64,000 bases of DNA, taken from IMG/VR virus record IMGVR_UViG_3300044632_001319; one strand, written 5' to 3'. Made by a program: the position numbers and the translations under genes. The notes under the pieces were generated by a model that worked only from the letters and a program-made list of their open reading frames with translations, was not told where the DNA came from and ran no database searches. Source of the DNA: a virus. Of the stretch, positions 56,119 through 64,000 are shown piece by piece (within the stretch, counting starts at the first letter, position 1; every line of letters starts with the position of its first letter).

Positions 56119-59060
56119 GTAGTAGTTCAATAATTAATTTTGTCATATATGGACAATCTGGTAATGATGGTCCAATTGGAGCAACTGGTCCCACTGGACC
56201 CACTGGTGCTACTGGTGCTACTGGAAATACAGGTCCATATGGTTTATATTTTGTTTCTGCACAGGGTGTATCAAATTCTATTGTTTTAACATTTTCTGAT
56301 GGATCCACAGCACAAATTAACGGATCGTTCAGAGGTGCTACAACCGCAGACAAGACAGCAGGAATTGTTTTAGGTGGAAACACTGGCAATTCCATTGGAG
56401 TTCTCTATAATGTCTCTGGTGGAACTTTTAACTTCTATGGAATATCTGCATACGGTTCTTTAGTAGCATCGCTTACTGGAGATAATTTAGAATATATCTC
56501 AATTGATAGTATCTATTATGGTTCTGATATTATTGGAAATTATGATCCAACATCTTTATCTGCACCAAGAAAATTATTATATGTTGGAAACACTACAACT
56601 GCTTTTGGTGCAGATCTCAAATACAGATCTGACATTGGAACTGTTGGTCTGTGCGGTGCATTTGAATTTGCCTATACAGCAGTATCGTCTGGAGCAGCAG
56701 ATGATACAAGTATTCATTTAAATTCTGGATCAAAAATATATTCATACGGTCCACTAAAAAAGGGATTTGAGTTTGAGGGAAGTACGTTTGGCGTGCTTCT
56801 AAATGCCAACAATGGTGGCGTGTTTCACCTCCGAACTCCAATTGGTATAAGAGGAATTACTGGTTCGTTTAGAACAAACGAAATAGCATCAATTACATTG
56901 ATCATAGATTCAGATAATGTTTGGAACTTTCCAGTAAATGTATACTTCGCACCAGACGAAAATTATCTATCTTGCGGCAAAAATATATTGGGACTGATGT
57001 CACATGATGGTGGTGCTACATGGTTGGCAACTGCATCTCATAGAGGTCATGGTGTAGAAAATGTTGGAAGACAATGCGTTCCTGGATCCTTATATGGTTC
57101 TTGTTGCTACAGTAAAGCAGACGGAACAAAAAACTGTAAGGATTATGTAACTGTTGAAGAATGCGATAAACTATTTGGTAATTTTTATCCAGCACAATCT
57201 TGTAATGATTCTTGTGTATCCCCAAATAGTTTGTGTTGCGCGAATGGTACATGTATAGAAAATATTTCTGCTGCTGAATGTGAAAAGTTTGGTGGAGACT
57301 ATTGGCAAGGATATACTTGTGGATTTGCATCTGGCACATTAAATTATCCAGATCCTGCAATTTATACAACACCAGAAAGTATAAGAGCAAATGGTCGTTT
57401 CTGTTACGACCCATGTGGAGATGTGAAGACTGTTTGCTGTAAAGATGGTAGATGTTTAGGAAATTATACAAGAGTTCAATGCGAATTGGTTCTTGGTGGT
57501 AAATCTCTAATTGGTGCTGAGTGTGCAGATGTCGATTGCTGCACATATGATTCAATACCTGGAGCATGTTGCATATGTACGACAGATCAAAACGGAAACA
57601 CAACATCAACATGCACACCCAATCTAACATATTCTGAGTGCAAAGCACTTAATGGATATTATATGGGACCAGGAAGACAGTGTAATGATGTAAGTTGCGG
57701 ATGCGTTTGCGGAAATACAACCACGACAATTGGTGCTTGCTGCGAAAATGGAATCTGTAGAAACACAACATTTGAAAATTGTGCTGGTACATTTATAGCA
57801 ACACAAACATGCAACACATATGAATGCAATCCTGGAATATGCTGCATCAATGGAAGATGTAGTGATATGTCTCAGTTAAATTGCAACGAAGCAGGAGGAG
57901 TATTTACTCCAAATACAAACTGTGCATCGACTGTTTGCACAGATACTAATCCTCCAGATCCAGATCCACCAGAACCACCAGTTGGTACTGGATCATGTTG
58001 TAGGAACGGACAGTGCTCACAAACCACACAGCAAAATTGTGGTGGTTCTTGGTCTGCTGGTCCATGTAGTTCTGCAAACTGCTCAGATCAAGATACAGAT
58101 AATGGTGGTGAGGGACATCCACCAGATAGAGATGGTCAAGGTGGCGGATTTGACAATGACGATGACGGTCCAGGCGGTGGTGGTTCTGGAAACAGCAATC
58201 CTCCTTCTACGCCAGGATCTTGTGATGGTCTAACACAAAATTGTTGCTGTATAAGTTTCGATTACTGCTATAGAAATGGATCATCATTCACTAAAAGAAC
58301 AGTCACTAGAAAAATATGTACACCTCTCGGCAACCCACCAGTTCCATGTGATAATTTTGCATTTGATAATTGTGCAAATACACATCTTCGGTTTGTTAAC
58401 ATTGCAAAATGCTGCGCTGCACGCAAAGGTTACTGCACAGTAACTGGAATCGATATAGATTGTGGTCTGATTCCCAGTTCAGTGCTTGATGAGTATTGTC
58501 CACAAATTACAGATCAGGATCTCTATAATTTCTTAAGAGATGAAGCATGTTATTCTGTGGATTATGCTGATGTTACACCAGGCATTTTTAACGAAATTGT
58601 ATGTGGAACACATCCTGTTATATGTCAAATAGATCCAACAAATCCTTGTACAAATGTAACAACTGCTAGTTCAGTTGCTTATAATGCACAAACATGCGGC
58701 GAGTCTCAATTGCCACCACTCCCAGGAAAATATCAAGGTGAGGGATTTGATATTTCGTATAGATCTTGTATAGACATCAACGGTGTCAGCACATGCTCAC
58801 ACGGTCAGTATGCTGCATGTGATCCACAATGTTCGAGAATGACAGATCCATGCTGTAGACTTGAATGTAATCGATTGGGTCTTAAGAGTTGTCCAGAATG
58901 TTTAGTAGAAAGTGGATGTGGTGGTGGAACATCTCCGCTTAAGTATACTACTGTTCCTGTAATAAAAAATGTAAAAATTATTATAAATAACGAAGAACAC
59001 TGTTTACCATTGTTGTGTGAAGGCGATGATTGCGATGGTTATACTTTCTGCGACGAGTAA
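56115..59060 (+). CDS. Collagen-like / extremely Cys-rich fibre protein 3
   Basis: GxT triplets and about eight G(A/S/I)CC-type repeats; Cys-rich C-terminus. Confidence 0.75.
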   Translation: MSSSSIINFVIYGQSGNDGPIGATGPTGPTGATGATGNTGPYGLYFVSAQGVSNSIVLTFSDGSTAQINGSFRGATTADKTAGIVLGGNTGNSIGVLYNVSGGTFNFYGISAYGSLVASLTGDNLEYISIDSIYYGSDIIGNYDPTSLSAPRKLLYVGNTTTAFGADLKYRSDIGTVGLCGAFEFAYTAVSSGAADDTSIHLNSGSKIYSYGPLKKGFEFEGSTFGVLLNANNGGVFHLRTPIGIRGITGSFRTNEIASITLIIDSDNVWNFPVNVYFAPDENYLSCGKNILGLMSHDGGATWLATASHRGHGVENVGRQCVPGSLYGSCCYSKADGTKNCKDYVTVEECDKLFGNFYPAQSCNDSCVSPNSLCCANGTCIENISAAECEKFGGDYWQGYTCGFASGTLNYPDPAIYTTPESIRANGRFCYDPCGDVKTVCCKDGRCLGNYTRVQCELVLGGKSLIGAECADVDCCTYDSIPGACCICTTDQNGNTTSTCTPNLTYSECKALNGYYMGPGRQCNDVSCGCVCGNTTTTIGACCENGICRNTTFENCAGTFIATQTCNTYECNPGICCINGRCSDMSQLNCNEAGGVFTPNTNCASTVCTDTNPPDPDPPEPPVGTGSCCRNGQCSQTTQQNCGGSWSAGPCSSANCSDQDTDNGGEGHPPDRDGQGGGFDNDDDGPGGGGSGNSNPPSTPGSCDGLTQNCCCISFDYCYRNGSSFTKRTVTRKICTPLGNPPVPCDNFAFDNCANTHLRFVNIAKCCAARKGYCTVTGIDIDCGLIPSSVLDEYCPQITDQDLYNFLRDEACYSVDYADVTPGIFNEIVCGTHPVICQIDPTNPCTNVTTASSVAYNAQTCGESQLPPLPGKYQGEGFDISYRSCIDINGVSTCSHGQYAACDPQCSRMTDPCCRLECNRLGLKSCPECLVESGCGGGTSPLKYTTVPVIKNVKIIINNEEHCLPLLCEGDDCDGYTFCDE

Positions 59061-59063
59061 AAT

Positions 59064-60584
59064 ATGTCAATACAGTTTAGATCAAGAATAATCCCAGCAA
59101 TCGATTACTCAACCATATTAACAAATTATGGTTTTTGTTGTGGTCTTTCTGGATCTAATGGACTTCCAATATCAAAGACATATATTGAATGTGTGACCGA
59201 AGGTGGATTTTATGTCAAGGGTGCATCAGGGCAAGAAGTATCTTGTCCACAATACGATGATCGCTATGGATGCTGTTGTTCTTGCTCTTATGTCGATCCA
59301 GATGATTATAATCAAATAGAAGCATACCCACCATCTATACCATATCTTACATCTGGAACACGAAGCAGAATGACCAAATGTGAGTGTGAAAGAATTGGTG
59401 GAAAGTTTACACCAACCGCAGATGGCAATTGCCCTGCACTCACCAATGAAAATTGGGAATCATATTGTGCTGGACAACACCCAGATAATCCAACACTATT
59501 AATAGATGTAAGAGCACCAAGATCTTGCTGTCATCTGGAATATGATCCAAATACTGGTTGGCCAACAACAGTGGTGTGCAAGGATGTATGCACATCAGCA
59601 GACTGTGCTGAACTTTCAACTGAAACTTATCCATCTACATTCACTCTAAATGCTAGATGTAATATTCCACTCAGAGCAAACGGCAATCTAACAAATTGTT
59701 CAAATGCTCAAAATCTAGCATTTGTTGCAAATCAACCAATATATCAAGGGTTTGATATGGGTTCTTGTTACTCTTTAGTAAATGTCAATGGAACATATGA
59801 ATACGAATGTTCAATTACTCCACAAGAAAAGTGTGATGGGTATTGGATAATTCAACAAGATCAAAATAATGCATTCTGTAAAAACACACTTCAACCAACA
59901 AATCCACAAAAATCTGGAAGTGTTTATCTACCAGAATCGATGACTCTTTCAGCATTTAATGCATTGGGTCTGACTAATGGGGATGCATATCTTGGTGGTA
60001 CATTCATTGGAATATACAAAACAGGATCAAGCAGCGGCAAAAGCAGTGAAATATATGGAAATATAAATTTTGGAGATGCTTCTTTTGGAAGATTTATTCC
60101 AGATTCTATCGGTGGAACACATTCTCAGTGGGCAATTATTGTAGATGAAATACCAGTATCTTTACCATTCCTAGGAGAATCTGAAAAAGACATAGATGTC
60201 TCTACTTCGCTATGGGATGGGTATTATAACACCTACGGAAACGGCAGCACATTTCAGGGTGTTAAAACTGCTTTAACTAATCAAATAAGATATCAACCAA
60301 GAAAAGGATTTCTTGATTACTACATACCATCGATATACGAATTGAATTTCTATGCCGCATATCTTTATAATAACGATATCAAAGATAAAGGAAACCTGAT
60401 TTCATCATCATTCTTCAACACGAAATATATTTCGTCTGGACCATCGAAATCCAAGATAAATAATTCTAGTTTCGTCTATGGTCAAGCAATAAAGTTTTAC
60501 TATACATCAAACTATAAAAACATCTTAATAGATAAGAGAAATACTGAAACTGTTTTATTCTTTAGGCGAATTTTATTAACATGA
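59064..60584 (+). CDS. Cys-rich / DUF1566-like fibre protein 4
   Basis: CC repeats then GD.YLGG.F.G...WDGYYNT...YYIPSIYEL. Confidence 0.7.
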   Translation: MSIQFRSRIIPAIDYSTILTNYGFCCGLSGSNGLPISKTYIECVTEGGFYVKGASGQEVSCPQYDDRYGCCCSCSYVDPDDYNQIEAYPPSIPYLTSGTRSRMTKCECERIGGKFTPTADGNCPALTNENWESYCAGQHPDNPTLLIDVRAPRSCCHLEYDPNTGWPTTVVCKDVCTSADCAELSTETYPSTFTLNARCNIPLRANGNLTNCSNAQNLAFVANQPIYQGFDMGSCYSLVNVNGTYEYECSITPQEKCDGYWIIQQDQNNAFCKNTLQPTNPQKSGSVYLPESMTLSAFNALGLTNGDAYLGGTFIGIYKTGSSSGKSSEIYGNINFGDASFGRFIPDSIGGTHSQWAIIVDEIPVSLPFLGESEKDIDVSTSLWDGYYNTYGNGSTFQGVKTALTNQIRYQPRKGFLDYYIPSIYELNFYAAYLYNNDIKDKGNLISSSFFNTKYISSGPSKSKINNSSFVYGQAIKFYYTSNYKNILIDKRNTETVLFFRRILLT

Positions 60585-60594
60585 AAGGTATATT

Positions 60595-61149
60595 ATGGGT
60601 TGCAATTGTAATAAAAACAAAACACAACAAACTCCTCAAGTAGAACCAGTAACATTTCGTAAAGAAGAAATAAAAAAACCAGAAACCCTGACGGAAGGCA
60701 TCAAGCAAAAAATGACCATGATGCAGAGTTTTGCATCAGCAATTTCTTCTAGAGGATTCAATAACGAAAAAGTTACAATACCCATGAAACAACTGAGAGT
60801 CGTCAGTTGTTTCGGAAACAAAAATCAGGGTGGTGCTCTTCCTCCCTGCGAACACCTAAAGGAAAGTACAACCCCTGGTAAATTCTATTGTGGTGGTTGT
60901 GGATGCGGAGATAGAAAAGGAACATGGTTGGTTGCTGATGGTGACGAATACAGTAAATTGGATTATCCTCGTTTAAATTGCCCATTGCAAATGCCAGGAT
61001 TTTCAAATTACGAAAAATCAAAACCAGATGAGGCAAATGTTCCAGTAACTCGTAGATATTATATCGAACAGTTACCATATGCGGAAATAGAGAAAATTCC
61101 AGTGAAAACTCACAATCCACCAGTAAAACAAGAAGAACCCAAAAATTAA
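60595..61149 (+). CDS. Small Cys-rich protein
   Basis: MGCNCNK start; CEHL, CGGCGC, CP motifs. Confidence 0.7.
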   Translation: MGCNCNKNKTQQTPQVEPVTFRKEEIKKPETLTEGIKQKMTMMQSFASAISSRGFNNEKVTIPMKQLRVVSCFGNKNQGGALPPCEHLKESTTPGKFYCGGCGCGDRKGTWLVADGDEYSKLDYPRLNCPLQMPGFSNYEKSKPDEANVPVTRRYYIEQLPYAEIEKIPVKTHNPPVKQEEPKN

Positions 61150-61154
61150 TACCA

Positions 61155-61190
61155 AAAGACTCTCCTTATAAATAATTTAAGGAGAGTTTT
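61155..61190 (+). promoter_or_regulatory. Late promoter embedded in an RBS-sequestering hairpin
   Basis: ACTCTCCTTA / TAAGGAGAGT stem; TATAAATA at 61167-61174; SD AAGGAG in the 3' arm; ATG 61194. Confidence 0.8.
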
Positions 61191-61193
61191 CAT

Positions 61194-62003
61194 ATGGCAG
61201 GACCATCAGGACCAAATTCAAGAAGAACATTAATAGAGCACTGTCTGCGTACACTCGGTGCTCCAGTGATTCAAATTAACGTCGATTACCAACAATGTGA
61301 AGATCGTCTTGATGAAGCATTGCAGTATTTCATCACTCGTCATTATGATGGTGTACAAAGAGTCTATTTTAAATATGAGTTGACACAAACCGATTTAGAT
61401 AGAGGGTTTATACAGGTAGAAGACATTGATACACCATCTGGTGATCCAACTGGACCCAGAGGAGAGGATATCGTATCGGTTATTAAACTTTTTAGATTCG
61501 GTACTCTATCTGGTGTGGATATGTTTGATGTTAGATATCAATTAGCATTGACTGATTACTTTGGAATAAATCGTGGATTAAATGGAAGTCAATCAACACC
61601 ACTGGCAGGATATCAGGTAACTATGCAATATATTAGTTTACTTGAACAATTTTTTAGTCCTGAGAAGTCTATAAGATTTAGCAAAGTAACAAATAAAATA
61701 TATGCAGATGCATTCAGTCAAGACATAACTGCTGGACAACATGTTGTTATTGAAGCATATGCAGTTCTAGACCCAGAAACCCACACTTCGATATACAATG
61801 ATCGTATGTTGAAAAAATATGTTACAGCACTGATCAAGAGACAGTGGGGTTCGAATATGTTAAAATATGATGGTGTTCAACTTCCAGGTGGTATCGTGTT
61901 CAAGGGTCAACAAATATACGATCAAGCAACACAAGAAATAATGATGATCGAACAAGAGTTTGAAAGAGCATATGAACTTCCAATTGATTTCATGATCGGA
62001 TAA
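61194..62003 (+). CDS. gp13: Neck protein gp13-like
   Basis: CLR.LGAPVIQINVD..Q.EDR.DEALQ.F...HYDG, LKKY.TALIKRQWG.N..K..GVQLPGG. Confidence 0.95.
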   Translation: MAGPSGPNSRRTLIEHCLRTLGAPVIQINVDYQQCEDRLDEALQYFITRHYDGVQRVYFKYELTQTDLDRGFIQVEDIDTPSGDPTGPRGEDIVSVIKLFRFGTLSGVDMFDVRYQLALTDYFGINRGLNGSQSTPLAGYQVTMQYISLLEQFFSPEKSIRFSKVTNKIYADAFSQDITAGQHVVIEAYAVLDPETHTSIYNDRMLKKYVTALIKRQWGSNMLKYDGVQLPGGIVFKGQQIYDQATQEIMMIEQEFERAYELPIDFMIG

Positions 62004-62006
62004 CAA

Positions 62007-62930
62007 ATGGCAACAAATCCTTATTTCAAAGAATATTTTGGAGAACAAGACTTATTGGATGACTTGATTGTAGAAACAATCAAGGCAATGGGTCGTGATA
62101 TGATTTATATTCCCAGAGAATATTTGAAGAAGGATCTTGTATTTGGAGAAGATCCAATATCACAATTTAAAGATGCATATACAATAGAAATGTATATTCA
62201 AAATGTGACTTCATTCGGTGGGCAACTGAACGTCATAAACAAATTTGGAATCAATATTACCGATAGAGTTACGCTTCAGGTTTCTAAAACTAGATTTGAA
62301 CAGGAAATCACTACTAAGGATGTAATAATTAAAACTCCAAGAGAAGGAGATCTAATATACTTTCCCTTCAACAAAAGTCTTTTTGAAATCAATTATGTTG
62401 AAGACAAGATTCCATTCTTCCAGTTTGGTGTATTGAACACCTATACATTGACATGCGAACTCTTCACATATTCTTACGAAACAATCGATACAGGATTCAC
62501 CGACATCGATGTTGTTGAAGAAGATAGAAAACACAACATGTATGCTTTCACACTGTCGGGAGCACCAGTTAGTGGACTTTCTGTTCTTAAGCGTGGAGAA
62601 AAAGTATTCCAAGTTGCTGGTATTACGGGTGCTTCGGCAGCATATGCAAACGCAACAGCAGAAGCATTTATCGTTGAATATACTGGAAACGTAACTTATG
62701 TAAAGGGTGTCAGTGGAAACTTTGTGTCTGGTTCAAGTGGAACACAATCGATTAAAGGTGTCACAAGCGGTGTTGAATATTATATACTTGGTGTGACATC
62801 GACAAACATCAATCTGGGTGTAGATCCAATATCTGGTTATGCTGAAATTGAAAACGATATTTATGCAGATCAAGCAGATACGGAAATTAATTTTAGCAGA
62901 GATAATCCATTCTCAGAGGAGTGTAATTAA
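62007..62930 (+). CDS. gp14: Neck protein gp14-like
   Basis: EQ.L..DL..E.IK..G....YIPR, FGED..S.F..AY.IEMY, PREGDLIYFP. Confidence 0.95.
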   Translation: MATNPYFKEYFGEQDLLDDLIVETIKAMGRDMIYIPREYLKKDLVFGEDPISQFKDAYTIEMYIQNVTSFGGQLNVINKFGINITDRVTLQVSKTRFEQEITTKDVIIKTPREGDLIYFPFNKSLFEINYVEDKIPFFQFGVLNTYTLTCELFTYSYETIDTGFTDIDVVEEDRKHNMYAFTLSGAPVSGLSVLKRGEKVFQVAGITGASAAYANATAEAFIVEYTGNVTYVKGVSGNFVSGSSGTQSIKGVTSGVEYYILGVTSTNINLGVDPISGYAEIENDIYADQADTEINFSRDNPFSEECN

Positions 62931-63682
62931 TGTTCACAGTTAATCAATCATTTTATAACGAATCCATAAGAAAAACTGTAGTGGCATTTGGATCCTTATT
63001 CGAATCCGTCTATGTTACTCGTTATGAAGTGAATGGTACTGAAAAAGAAAAAATAAGAGTTCCCCTTTCGTATGGAAGCAAAGAAAAGTTTATATGGAGA
63101 CTTTCACAGGAAAGTAGTTTATCAAAAAATAGTAGAGTTCAAATTGTTCTACCAAAAATGGGATTTGAAATAACTACACTTCTTTATGATCCAACAAGAA
63201 AAATTAACAGAACAATACAAAGAAGTAATGTTGTAAGCGGTACATTCAAGCAAATGTATACTGAAGTCCCATATAACATTAATTTTGCACTTTATGCATT
63301 TACTCGTAATATGGATGACATGTTACAGATAATTGAACAAATAGTTCCATATTTTTCTCCAGAATTTACAATCACAATGAAGATGAATGATCTGCATCAG
63401 ACAGTAGATGTTCCTTTTGTGCTGAACAACATCACCCTCAATGAAGATTATGAGGGAACATTTGATACGAGAAGAGCACTCATAAGCAGTTTTGATTTCA
63501 CTGCAAAAACTTACATATACCCACAAATTTGTGGTTCTACTGGAGGTGTAATCGAAAGAACAGACTTGAATTTCTTCGAGGATGTCGGATCTACAGCAGC
63601 AGATAATGCCGTTGGAGATATTGGTTATACAGGAGATGTGATTACAGGATCTATAACAGAAGTGATTGGAGATTGGCCATGA
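62930..63682 (+). CDS. gp15: Tail sheath stabiliser/terminator gp15-like
   Basis: FY.E.IRK.V.AFG.LF, VPL.YG.K.KF, LP.M.FE, QI.EQI.PYF.P, DYEG.F..RR. Confidence 0.95.
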   Translation: MFTVNQSFYNESIRKTVVAFGSLFESVYVTRYEVNGTEKEKIRVPLSYGSKEKFIWRLSQESSLSKNSRVQIVLPKMGFEITTLLYDPTRKINRTIQRSNVVSGTFKQMYTEVPYNINFALYAFTRNMDDMLQIIEQIVPYFSPEFTITMKMNDLHQTVDVPFVLNNITLNEDYEGTFDTRRALISSFDFTAKTYIYPQICGSTGGVIERTDLNFFEDVGSTAADNAVGDIGYTGDVITGSITEVIGDWP

Positions 63683-64000
63683 ATGAAGATTCCGCAGAGG
63701 AAAAACTTTCTAAGATACTTGATATTGAAATACTAGACCAACCTAAAAAAGAAATAACTAAAGCAGAAGATCTAATAACAAAAGTTAAAATAAAAAGAAA
63801 AGATCAAATAAGACAGGATTTTGATTCTGCTAGAAAGAATATGAAAGAACTCATAAGTTCTGGATTTGAAGCATTAGATGGAATCATGAAAGTTGCCGAA
63901 GCAGGGGATTCTCCAAGAGCATATGAAGTTGCTTCGATACTCTTGAAGACTATAAGCGAAATCAATACTGATTTGATGGATATGCACAAAACCACTGCTG
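63679..64000 (+). CDS. gp16: Terminase small subunit gp16-like (runs off the window)
   Basis: Hand translation ...DFDSARKNMKELISSG.EALDGI..VA...DSPRAYEVA; follows gp15. Confidence 0.88.
   Translation, partial: MNEDSAEEKLSKILDIEILDQPKKEITKAEDLITKVKIKRKDQIRQDFDSARKNMKELISSGFEALDGIMKVAEAGDSPRAYEVASILLKTISEINTDLMDMHKTTA

Noticed and set aside
49181-60584. Diversity-generating retroelement targeting the DUF1566-like tips
   Set aside because: No reverse transcriptase and no template/variable repeat pair visible in this window; cannot be excluded elsewhere in the genome
1-64000. Stop-codon reassignment
   Set aside because: Core genes are full length in the standard code, TAA, TGA and TAG all appear as ORF ends, and no suppressor tRNA is seen

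Overview
Segment of a large T4-like (Tevenvirinae/Kyanoviridae-grade) myovirus genome with three parts. (1) A GC-richer early island (~1.7-10.9 kb) of short genes behind near-consensus, often leaderless sigma70 promoters. It includes Gp88-like, DksA/TraR zinc-finger and kinase-like genes and is punctuated by three non-coding clusters of the repeated motifs TACTATCAAC and (CATG)GTCYGATAA. (2) AT-rich accessory regions (1-1.5 kb and 11-28 kb) with many late-promoter-driven Pro/Trp-rich or Gln/Asn-rich proteins whose N-termini resemble T4 internal-protein capsid-targeting and gp21 cleavage signals. These are mixed with five tRNAs that all read A-ending codons (including tRNA-Ile(UAU)), an aberrant tRNA-like RNA (a second one lies in the early island) and a circularly permuted two-piece tmRNA. 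(3) A T4-type core module: gp33, gp32, gp51/gp26 (likely joined by a -1 frameshift), gp54, gp4, gp48, gp53, a 1777-aa gp27-like hub, gp25, gp6, gp7, gp8, several collagen/Cys-rich/DUF1566-like fibre proteins, gp13, gp14, gp15 and the start of gp16. All family calls come from motif recognition by eye; no searches were run.
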